From: Amoebophrya sp. A120
Lineage: Eukaryota > Protista > Dinoflagellata
DNA: 64,000 nt
Reading direction: 5' to 3'
Assembly: GCA_905178155.1 (NCBI GenBank)
Contig: CAJINV010000010.1
Coordinates: forward strand, 456,074-520,073
The number at the start of each line of letters is the position of its first letter. Position 1 is the first letter of the stretch. Shown here one piece after another: positions 36,155-48,100 of the stretch. Under the pieces are notes generated by a model. It did not search any database. It was not told the DNA's origin and saw nothing but the letters and a program-made list of their open reading frames with translations. A program made the position numbers and the translations under genes.

Positions 36155-39100
36155 TTAGGAACTTGACGGCGGACTATCACCGCTTCCCCTCTTCCGCATG
36201 CGTCTATCGGTCACTCGTTTTGCGGGATCGAACTTCGCCGAGCTTCTTGCCGGCAGTTTGTTCACGGACCCGCCCGCTATCGCGGACGGGTTGAAATTAT
36301 GCATTGCAAAACAGGTATCGCACTAGGACTAGTCCAAAATAAATTGCATCACAAATTGCCTCGGCATTACAACAAATGTAATTTGTAATGCAGATTCACC
36401 TTGAGAACCAGATTTGTAATGCATAAATGCAATTTTCGGTACGAGTGCGATACTTTTGCAGCGCATAGAAGTCCGTGCTGTTCGTGCTCAGCCTACCCTG
36501 CTGCGACATGCGCTTTTGGGGAGAAATCGCGTCTTTGTTATCTGCCGATCGTCTTGGAAAACTGTTCGTCGCTGCCGTAGTGCCCGTTGTCGTGCTGTCT
36601 TTCGAAGTAGAACTAGAGTGGCTGCTACTTATTTTTACCCGGCTGCTTGGTTGAAAAGTAGAGCCTGGTCCTACAGTAGAACTAGCACTTGTCAGCTTCG
36701 AGGAAGTTGCACCGTCTCGGGTTGACGGCGCACCTCTCGTAGTACTAGCGCTCCCCCTGCTTCGCTGGTCGCCCGGGGCGACACTGCCGTCTCTGGATGA
36801 GGAAGCTGCGGGTCCGTTTGTCGTCCCTTTTGAAGATGATGCTCCGTCTATGAGAGTGCACAAGAACTCCCCCTCGCCCGATCACTGTATGGCATCAGCA
36901 GCAATACAAACAGCTGCACATGTTCTTCGCCCGCCGATTGTAGTACTGTTTTGGGTAATGCAAACAGTGCCACAAGACAACACTACCGCAGGCTGGATTT
37001 GGGATTTTGCATTACAAACGAGGAAGAGGGGGAGCAGTTGTGCACGACTCTGATACCGCCGTCGAGCTGGCCCTGGGTGCTCGCCCGCAGGGATTTCATC
37101 ATTTCTGCGGCGTGTTTTTGCTTCTTCAGTTGCTCGGCCGCCACTTCTTCTTCCTCCAGCTTGCTCGTGAACACGAAGGCAAGCTCGTGGAAAGTGGAAA
37201 GAATCGACTGGACTTGGTCCGACATCTCGTTTACGAGCTTGCATCCCGTGCAAAAGTATCGCACTCGTAGTAATTGCAGTCATGCATTACAAAATTTTTT
37301 CCTAAAGTGCATCCGCATGACAAATTTTATTTCTCATGCTGAGAAAATTTGTAATGCATTTATACGAGTACGATACTTTTGCAATGCATAGCTTGCTGCT
37401 TGCCGCGAGAGTTTTCGTCGACTGAATGATTTGCTTCATGTTCTGCTGTTGCGCCGGAGCTGGTCCTGTGGTAGCGGCGGCAGCTTCGTAGTACCTGAGT
37501 TAATATTTGCTTTGATTTGTAAATATATAATACGGTACAACGTAGTATGCTGGTTGTTCGTCGTCGTCCGTGAAGATGCGCAGCGCGACAAATAAATTAC
37601 TCACACGGGTCTTGTATCCTAATAATGATCAGGCTAGTACACGTCACGAGCACAAGCACATGATCAAAAAGCTGCAAAAGACAAGGACGTGTCTAGCTCT
37701 ACTGCTACTCTTCATCAATGTATGCAAAAATACACCCAACATCAGATAATAAATACGGCCCCTGACATCCCAGATACGCACAGAGATCAACCACCGCACC
37801 GAGACACCTCTGCTGGCCGACAATCACGGACTTTTCCAAGTCCGTGATTTGATTCCGCGCCGACTCGAACAGCGGACTGCTGTAGATGTATCAAATGCAA
37901 AAGTGTCTGGGTCTGGAAGATGTCGGATTTTGTGATGCATATTTTGTATGATCCATGATGCATGTAATACATGATCTAGCATCACATATTTTTAGAGGGC
38001 TCCCTAGTGCCTATTCCGCATGAGAAAATCCCTCTCCGCGTAACACAAACTGGACTCCTGTTGCTGGTCACGCAATACAGGTTTTTTTGGAATCCAAAGA
38101 CAGCATGACAAGTTGCATTCTTCCAGACCCAGACATTCTTACATGTGATAAGATGTTCAAATTCTCCAAACTTTCCGTCATCGCCGGCTTTTTCTCGTAC
38201 ATGGTAGTATGCATTGCAAAAATTAATGAACAAGTATCCGCACTCGCACAAGTTCAAGTATAAATTGCATTTGGCAAATTTATAATTTCCAAAAAGGAAA
38301 ACTTAAGTCTGCGATGGCATGCACCAGATTCAGGTATTTACAAGCTCATGACATCAACATCATGTGTAATCATGTATGATCATCGCTGCATTTTAGTATC
38401 GATAACGAGCAGTAAGTACGGATAGCTTCTTCAAATAATGATTTCCACGTGTGATAGGTGGCGTTCTTGACAAATTCAATCTCCTTGAGCAATTGCAGCA
38501 GATCCTGAATGACGTCCGCCAGCTATCCTGTGGAAAAACGTCTCCATACCAGAGTCAAGATGGAAAATCTGCTAGACAAATCAACCAGCTTTGGTTGCTT
38601 CGCATGACAAATTTGTCCTTGTAGTGTAGTCCTGTTTATGTAGTTCAGCAGCATCACAGATCTAGGATATCATGCGGCTTCTAGCATCACAAATTCCACA
38701 ACACGGGTAGAAATTGCTTTTCATGGGGCTCCGCATGAGAGACTTTTTTGGGCATGCAGAATTGCATAACAACTCTGGGGTGGGGACATTTTTCCTCAGA
38801 GTACCAGCACCGGCTTGCCCAGTTTCTTTGTCCAATTTTCTTGCAGGCAGTTCTTCAACTCAAACTGAATCGACAGCAGCAGTTTCTTGTCGCAGGCAGC
38901 AATCCCGTGCAGTAGCGTTTTCTCGTTGTTCCCCTTGAAGTCGGACAGCTTCTGCAGGCTTTCCATATCCTGAGCAAAAACGTCCCCACACCATAGTCAA
39001 GATGGGAAGTCAAAGGCTGCTAGACAAATAAACAAGCTTTGCCTTTGGCTGTTGCGCATTACAAGTTCGCCTCGTAGTCGTGTAATCCTGTTTACTTAGC

Positions 39101-42100
39101 TAGTAAAGCAGCATCACAGATCTGGGTCTGCCATATGATGCTGAGTGGAGCATGACAAATTGCGAAAAACGACTAAAAATTGCTTCTCATGGGGCTCCGC
39201 ATGAGAAATATTTTCAGCATGCAGACGTGCATTACAACTATGTGGTGCTGGGGACGTTTTTCCATAGGATATTCCACGCTGATGCCCCAGACCGCTTCGT
39301 TCTCCTTCGTTTCCATCCACGACTTGTATGCATTGCAAATATGTCTCGGTCTGAAGGAATGGAAGTGTGTCATGCTTGTCTCGAATGACTCCTAACTCTG
39401 TGATGCATGAGCAGGATGTAAGTCTCTTGCAGAGCGCAGTTACTTCTTTGCCATGCAGAACTCGCAAGAACACATAGAAGATCAAGAACTTGTCATGCTT
39501 GGCTGCGTATTGCAGTGTGTCCACCATTCCCAAGCCAGCATCACAAGTTTCCAGACCCAGACATATTTGCATTTGATAACTTGTTGTCCGCTTCAATCTC
39601 GATGGAGTGGTTCACGTAATTTCCGAGGACTAACAGCAGCCGCAAAAACTGCTTCACGTGGTTGGACTTCTTCAAAATCGTCGCGATCTCCCCGAAGCAC
39701 TGCGCTTTCTCGCTGACCTGCAGCCAGATCCTCTTCTTCAAAAACGCCAACACGCGCAGCTTCTGGTGCAACTTCGGGATTTTGCAGAAGGGGATCAGTT
39801 TTGCCTCCATCGGGAGGAGCCGCGCGCTGTCGGCCTCCTGCAAGAGGCACTGTTCCGCCTCCGTCGACTATCCAAGAAAAAAAGATTGTAGGCGTAACTT
39901 TCTTGGAGGATTAGCATGACAAATACCAGCCATGCTCCGGCTAACGCCGGAGCGCGCGGCTGTTGTGCTGGGGTGTGACTATTGGCGGATCGGACCGCGA
40001 CGCAAGAGCTTTGGGGGCAGCGTGACAGGCCGAGGAAAATACTGGCGCCGCATTGCGCCATGTCAACCCGCAGGGGCCCCTGCGCGCTTCCCGCGCCTTT
40101 AGGCGCTATGCGCAGGGAGCAACTGCAGCGAAGCTTGGGGGCGAGGAGAAACCGCCACGACGTAGGTGCCGAAGCAGAACGGGGGCCGCGCTGACCTTTG
40201 TTGATCACCCTCCCGCGCCCGCCCATCTGATTCCCAGACAGAAGCTGTTCCCGCGGGGGGTGGCCCGAGAGGGTGGCGCAAGAGGGTGGCGCGAGAGGGT
40301 GGCGCGAGAGGGTGGCGCGAGAGGGTGCGCGAGAGGGTGCGCGAGAGTGAGGGTGGCGCGAGAGGGTGCGGGCCTACGCATGAAAATGCCCCAAAAGAAT
40401 CAGCTCTGTGCCAGGCGGATTCGGCTTCTGTTAACCCTCTCGCAGACCCTCTTTTTCACCTCTCCCGAGAGGTGTTGCTAATAATCCGGCTATACTCGCC
40501 GGTAGAGGCCTACAGAGGTGGCCGAGAGGTGGCCCAGAGGGTGCGCGAGAGGTTCGCCTTTATTCGCGCAACCTCTCGGCACCTCTGTCCCCCTCTCGCT
40601 TACCCTCTTGGCACCCTCACTCTCGGCCACCTCTGGTCCCTATAGGCGCAGCTTTAGAGTGAGTCCTTCAGCGGGCTATACCCGCGCCACCTCTCGGCCA
40701 CCCTCTCGAATGACCTCCCGCGCCACCTCTCCACCTCTGTTGCCCTCTTTTTGACCTCTTTCCGCCTCTTTTTGACCTCTCGGCCACCTCTCTCCGACCC
40801 TCTGTAGACCTCTACTTTCGCATGAATTACAAGACTAATAATGATCATTAGCGCTATTCTGGGCCTCAGGCCCCCCCTCAGGCCCCCCCTTAGGCCCCCC
40901 CTCAGGCCCCCCCTCGACCCCTAAGGCCCCCCCTGAGGCCCCCCCTCAGGCCCCCCCTGAGGCCAAAAAAGGCCCCCCCTAAGGCCCCCCCTGAGGCCCC
41001 CCCTGGGGCCCCCCCTTTTGCCCAAAGGGGGGGGGTTAGGCCCCCCCTTAGGCCCCCCCTTTTTTTCGTGTTCGCAGACGCCCAGAGCCAAAAAAGGCCC
41101 CCCCTAAGGCCCCCCCTGAGGCCCCCCCTAAGGCCCCCCCTGAGGCCCCCCCTTTTGCCCAAGGGCAAGGGGGGTGGGTTGGGCCCCCCCCCCCCCCTTA
41201 GGCCCCCTCTTTTTTTCGCGAGCGTTCGCAGACGTCTGCCCCAGAACATAAAGCCAAGCAGATCATCGCCGACCATTTCTCTGACGCAGGCAGCGACCGA
41301 ACAATCCCGGGCGGCGCCACGCGCTGTCTACCTTGGCTGGTCCGCCGGTTCTCATTCTGATTGCGGGCGGGGCCGCTTTGGTTTTGGACACAATAAACAA
41401 AGTCACGAAGTGAGTCCTTGGCTTTGGCTTCATATTTTGGCTACCGCCCCGGCTTTGTCCTTTGATTTTAATTACTGGCGGGGCCGCTTCGGAATGCATG
41501 ACACGCATGCCCTGTAGCCCTCCTGGACAATGCTATGCGCTGCGCAGTCGAAGGCGCCGGCAAGGCTCTTCGGAATGCTTTTCGTTTTCTACCGAAAAGC
41601 CGAACGGGATACGAGGCCCTTCCTGAGGCCCCTCTAAGACCCCCCCTTTGGCCAGTCCGGAAGGGCCCTCGCTCCCTCGGGCGTTCTGCCCTGACGGTTT
41701 GCTTGCTTTGCTTGGAGGCCCGCTAAGCGAGCCCCGGCGCCGGCAAATGCCCGAGCCTGAGGCCCCCCGGAAGGCCCCCCCGCTGGAACAGGAGCCCTGA
41801 GGCCCCCCGGAGGCCGCCCCGGAGGCCCCCCCCGGCAGAGGCCCCCCCGGAGGCCCCCCCTTTGGTCAGCCCGGAGGGGCCCTCCTGTCTTCTGCCCTGA
41901 AGCTTTGCTTGCTTTGCGTGAAGGCCCGCCGGGCGAGCCCCGGCGCCGGCCAATGCCCGAGCCTGTGGCCCTATTCATTGACAGCCCTGAGGCATCCCTG
42001 CGGCCCCCCCTACGGCCCCCCCCAATGGCCCCCCCTAAGGCCCCCCCTTTGGCCAGCCCGGAAGGGCCCTCGCTCCCTTGGGCCTTCTGCCCTGAAGTTT

Positions 42101-45100
42101 TGCTTGCTTTGCTTGAAGGCCTGCCAAGCGAGCCCCGGCGCCGGCACTCACATGCCCGAGCCGGAGGCCCCCCGCAAAGCCCCCCCGAACAGAAGCCCTG
42201 GGCCCCCCCCATGGCCGCCCCGGGGGCCCCCCCCCGAAGGCCCCCCCTGTGGTCAGCCCGGGAGGGCCCTCGTGTCTTCTGCCCGGAAGCTTTGTGTGCT
42301 TTGCGTGAAGGCCCGGCCCGCCAAGCGAGCCCCGGCGCGCGCCGGCAAATGCCCGAGCCTGCGGCCCTATTGATGACAGCCGTGAGGCCTCCCGCATGGG
42401 CCCCCCCCCCAAGGCCCCCCCTGAGGCCCCCCCTTTGGCCCCCCCTTTGGCCCTCGCTCCCTCGGGCCTTCTGCCCTGAGGCTTTGCTTGCTTTGCTTGA
42501 AGGGCTGCCAAGCGAGCCCCGGCGCCGGCACATGCCCGAGCCTGGGGCCCCCCGCAAAGCCCCCCCGAACAGAAGCCCTGCGGCCCCCCGGAGGCCGCCC
42601 CGGAGGCCCCCCCTCGCCCTGCCCAGGCCCCCCCTTTGGCCAGCCCGGAAGGGCCCTCGTGTTTTCTGCCCTGAAGCTTTGCTTGCTTTGCGGGAAGGCC
42701 CGCCAAGCGAGCCCCGGCGCCGGCCAATGCCCGAGCCTGTGGCCCTATTGACAGCCCTGAGGCCCCCCCTAAGGCCCCCCCTGAGGCCCCCCCTAAGGCC
42801 CCCCCTAAGGCCCCCCCTAAGGCCCCCCCTGAGGCCCCCCCTGAGGCCCCCCCTTTGGGCAGCCCGGCAGGGCCCTCACCCCCTCGGGCCTTCTGCCCTG
42901 GTGCTTTGCTCGCTTTGCTTGAAGGCCTGCCAGGCGAGCCCCGGCGCCGCCACATTCCCGAGCCAGCCCGAGGCCCCCCGCCCGCAAAGCCCCCCCGAGC
43001 CGAAGCCTTGAGGCCGCCCCGGAGGCCCCCCCTAAAGCCCCCCCCTTTGGCCAACCCGGAAGGGCCCTCGTGTCTTCTGCCCTGAAGCTTTGTTCGCTTT
43101 GCGTGAAGGCCCGCCAAGCGGGCCCCGGCGCCGGAAAATGCCCGAGCGGGCGGCCCTATTGACAGCCCGGGGGCCCCGCCAAAGGCCCCCCTAGGGCCCC
43201 CCTTGAGGCCCCCCCTTTGGCCAGCCCGGAACCCCTCGCGCCCTCGGGCCTTCTGCCCTGAAGCTTCCCTCTGCTTGAAGGCCTGCCAAGCGAGCCCCGG
43301 CGCCGGCTCAATCATGCTTGAGCCGGAGGCCCCCCGCAAAACCCCCCCGATGGAACAGAAGCCCTGCGGCCCCCCTGCGGCCGCCCCGAAGGCCCCCCCC
43401 CGCCCGGCCGAGGCCCCCCCCTCTGGCCAGCCCGGAAGGGCCCTCCCTGTCTCGCTCCCTCGGGCCTTCTGCCCTGGAACTTTGCTTGCTTTGCTTGAGG
43501 GCCCGCCAAGCGAGCCCCGGCGCCGGCAAACGCCCGAGCCTGAGGCCCTCATGACAGCCCGGAGACCCCCCCTAAGGCCCCCCCGAAGGCCCCCCCGGAG
43601 GCCCCCCCCGAGGTCCCCCCCGGAGGCCCCCCTAAGGCCCGCCCGGAAGGGCCCTCGCTCACTCGGGCCTTCTGCCCTGACGCTTTGCTTGCTTTGCTTG
43701 AAGGCCCGCAGAGCGAGCCCCGGCGCCGGCAGATGCCCGGGCCTGAGGCCCCCCGCGAGGCCCGCCCGAACAGAAGCCCCGGGGGCCCCCCCGACCGAGG
43801 CCCCCCCCATTGGCCGGGCCGGGCGGGCCCTCGCTCCCTCTCCCGGGCTTTCTGCCCTGAGCCTTTGCTTGCTTTGCGTGAAGGCCCGCCAAGCAAGCCC
43901 CTGCGCCGGCCAATGCCCGAGCCTGAGGCCCTACCGGCAGCCCTGCGGCCCCCGGGGGGAAGGCCGCCCCGGAGGCCCCCTCTAAGGCCCCCCCTTTGGC
44001 TAGCCCGGAAGGGACCTCGCTCCCCCGGGCCTTCTGCCCTGGAGCTTTGCCTGCTTTGCTTGAAGGCCCGCCAAGCGAGCCCCGGCGCCGGCTTCTTTTG
44101 CGTAGTTGCTGGGCGGAGGGGCGCCAAAAGATATTTCTGCTTTTCTTTTGCGTTGGCACACGGCCAGAACGAAGCCCAACCACTTCGGCCCGCCCGTCCC
44201 TTGCCTTGGTGCGTTTGTACTCGGCCACCGCCCCTCCATCGCCCGGCCCCCCCCATCGATCGTCATCCCGCGGCTGACGCCTTCGATAGATTAGCGCGCG
44301 CATGATCGGGCGCAGCAACTGAAGTCCCCACGCCCCGGAGGTGTTCGGGGTGTAGAAATAGGGCCAGGCCACCACAGTACGAACGCAAAAGCCCGGCGAA
44401 TGTCTGCACCACGACACTCACTTGCCCCACCGCCGGGGCCGCATGATCAGCGGGGCCGCTTCGCAGTGTTGTTAGGTAGTTTATCACGCACCGGAGACGG
44501 CGCCTCGACTTGCCTGAGCCTTTGGGTCGCCACATTTCCGCTCCGCTTCCGCTGTGCAGGTGTGGCGTCAGAAGGCCTGCTGGCTTCTTACTTCAGAGCT
44601 GGCAGGCAGCTGCTCTGTCTGTACCCGAGGCGCCTTTCTGCTTTCTGTCTACAGCTGCTGCCCCTACAACTTTATATAGCGCACGCACTGATCTCCTGTC
44701 GCGCTACTCTTCCTGAGCGCTACCCCTGCCCCGCCCTTCCTCCTTCCCAGGAAGCCCAGCCCAACAATCCTAATGATCATGCTTATGCAAAAAAATCAAG
44801 TTCAAGAAAGGGTCGCCCTTCAGGGCGACCCGTTTTCTTGTATAATAGATAGTAATTTCTCGCATGACAGCAAAAACCTGTCATGCGCAGATAGTACGTG
44901 AAACCGCCCTTGAATGAGCCCTACAATGCAGGCACAGCATGACAGGCGCAATCAATTTGCATGTTGCGCATCACAAATTTACACTAACAACGTTTTTTCC
45001 TTGGATATCGGCATCACAGACTCCAGCCGCTCTGCGTGGTCCTCGTTCAACTTTTGTTGCAAGGCGTTTGTTATGAACTACTGCAAAAGTATCATACTAG

Positions 45101-48100
45101 TATAAATCGCATGACAAATTTCCTCAGCATGAGAAAGAAAATTTGTAATGGGGATTTAACCTGAGAAAGAAAATTGTAATGCATGAATGCAATTAGTACG
45201 AGTACGATACTTTTGCACAGGATATTTGTGCTGTTTTTGTCGCCGGACAGCACCATGAGGCAGTCCTGGATTTCCTCCTCCGTAAACCTGGATAACCCGA
45301 TCCCCACGACGTGCAGCCGACCGCCCTCCAGCACGCCCTTCGCGGTGGTCTGCTTGGCGTCCTGTTCCGTTTTGCTCATCGTGGGGGCTTATGCATTGCA
45401 AAAATGTCTGGGTCTGGAAGATTGCAACTTGTCATGCTGGCTTTGGATTGCAAAAAAATCTGTATTGCGTGACCGGCAACAGGAGCCCAGTTTGTCTTTG
45501 TGTTGCGCGGGTAGTAGCTAGTAGTAGTAACCATTTGACTCCTGGCGGGTGGGCGTTAGAACAGATTTAGCCTCTGCCAATACCCCTAGGTGGATACTTG
45601 CTCCACTTCCTAACTACCACCCGGCCGCATCCGCAAAACCGCTATCGATTGCTTACGCGTAGCTAAGGGCGGAGAGGGCATTTCTCATGCGGAATAGGCA
45701 TCAGGGAGCCCTCTAAAAATCTGTGCTGCTAGATCATGCATTACATGCATCATGGATCATACAAAATATGCATCACAAATCCCGAAATCTTCCAGATGAC
45801 CCAGACATTTTTACATTTGATAGGGCTTTCACCACGATTTGGAAGTACTCTTCCAGCTTTTGAAGATTCAGCAGTTGCTTGGCGGAGAGATTATTTTTGT
45901 CCTTCTTCAGCGCCTCCCAGACCGTCGCTTCGATGTTCAGCAGCGGTTTCCAGTGCCACTTCCGGCCGAATTTCGGCTTTCCCTTCGGCTGATTCGATTT
46001 CCCCTTCCCCTTACCCTTCCCCCCGGCGGCTGCCGCTGCACCCTTGCCGCCAGGGACGGTGGCGCCTTTCCCGCCGCCGGGTATCGCCGCCCCTTTCCCG
46101 CCTCCGGGGATTGGTGCGCCTTTCCCGGGTAGCGGCGGCGCGGCGCCCTTCCCACCCGGAACTGCAGGAGGAGCCGCTGGACCTTTTCCTCCTTTCCCGG
46201 CCGGCGGCGGGGCAGCTCCCTTCGTGGTCGCTGCTGGCTTTCCAGCGGGTGGCGCGGATGGTTTTCCGCCCTTCGTCGGAACGGCCGGCGCAGGTTTACC
46301 ACCTGCGGACGAGGATGTTAAAACCGCCGGCGTCTCTTCCGCATAGGTAGTTGTACCAGTGGTTGTGCCATCACCCGCTGCTGCCCCCTTTGCCATACCC
46401 GGACCCGCCCCGGGCACGGCGGGCGGAGCTGCCTTCTTCCCTGCGCCCTTCAGGCCCTTCTTCCCGGTCGGCTTTCCCTCCCTCGGTGCGGTGACCGGTT
46501 ATCGCACGAAAAAACTGTTTCAGTGTGAACTTGCGATGCAGAAAATGTATCGCATTTGTGTTTGTTTTGCTACACAGACATGCAAGACAATGCATTTGTA
46601 GGCGAGCTTTCCCATAGGAAGCTCGCATGGCAAACTTCCTCATCTGTGGTGTAGAGCAAACTTGTGATGCAAAGCTTGCAAAATCATCACAGTGAAACAG
46701 TTTTTTCGTGGGATACCGGTAGTATGTCCTCCAGTAGCGCCGCCGGACTTCCGGCCTCCGAAATCGCGTTCAGCTGGTAGTCGTAGTTGTCCTCGCCCGG
46801 CACCGCGGGAAGCTTGTCCGCCTTCAGATGATGGTGCTCGCGATGGTGGTGATCTCTGTCCCTGTGGTGTCCTCTCCTCCGGCCCCCGCCCGAGGCTTTC
46901 TGGAACGCGGTCGAAACGTATGACGGTGCACAACTTCTCCCCCCTCCCCTCATTTTTACTGCATAAACGGCAACACAAGCAACGGCAGAAATGGGCCATG
47001 CGCATGACAAATCTTCGTACGTGGATCGTAGTTCTCTCTCAGGTTCCAAAATTTGTCATGCAAATAGGGCTTCCATGCAAGTAGTGGACTTGGTATTTTG
47101 ATGCACTACAAACTACGATGGGGAGCGGAAATTGTGCACTCTCATACAACGTCGTTCTTTCGCGACTTCGTGACCGGTGCGTCCTCCAACTGCGTTCTCA
47201 TCTGTGAATCCGAGTATGAGCGTGCACAACCCCCCTCCCCCCCACTTGTCATGCAAAATCCGAAACCTAAGTGCTGCCTTGTGGCGTTGTTGGCATGACA
47301 GATTCTGGAAGCTCAACCAGTACGGCACGAAAATAGGCGCATATTAGACTTGTCATGCACAGCCTCCACGTGTGCTGCTGCTTGTAATGCTATGCGTGCC
47401 ATAGGAATGAGGGGGAGGGGGGGTTGTGCACTCTCATACCGAGTCGCTGTCATCTAGACCGAGCGAGTCGTCGGAGTAATCCTCGTCATCGTAGCTGCCA
47501 CTGTCTCATGCATTGCAAAAGTACAACTATCGTATTACGACTATGCATGACAAATGTTGTTCTTAAGGGAAAACAGCATGACAAGTTCCAGCTTTCATAC
47601 TGAACAATTTTGTATATGCAATTTATACTAGTACGATGCTGTTGCATTGCATATGTCTTCCACATCAGAGTCGAATCCTAAGCCCTCTGCTGTGTCATCA
47701 CCGTACTCGAAGCCCAAGTTCTGGTCGCTGTATTCCGCCCCGGTGATCAAATCGCCGTCTGTTTCCGCCGAGATCCGGTACACGTGGTAGAGCAACGAAT
47801 CGCAGGTGGCAATCGTGAACTTGATTGCTTCAAAAGGGTTGTCCCAGGTGGAGAGATTCGAAACCGAATTAAAGTAGTACTCATCGGAGGTGGAAGTAGA
47901 TGTGTCGCTGTTCGGATCTGTTTTGTATATGAATCGCAAAAGTATCGCACTCGTATAAATGCATTACAAATTTCCTCAGCATGAGAGATAAAATTTGTAA
48001 TGCTGATTTAGCTTAGGAACAAGATTTGTAATGCATGTTCGCATTTACTACGAGTACGATACTTTTGCACTTCATATTGTACGGCCCGAGCCAAATGTTC

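Larger units (their letters stand above)
39869..45007. mobile_element. Giant composite introner (5139 bp) in formin FH2
   Basis: TIR TATCCAAG(A/G)AAAAAA; TSD tcgac/tcggc; removal gives ESVMP|TEAEQ. Confidence 0.88.

Noticed and set aside
40902-44417. Long Pro/Gly/Arg-rich ORFs (up to 591 aa) on both strands
   Set aside because: Stop-poor shadows of the GC minisatellite; open in several frames with no domain.
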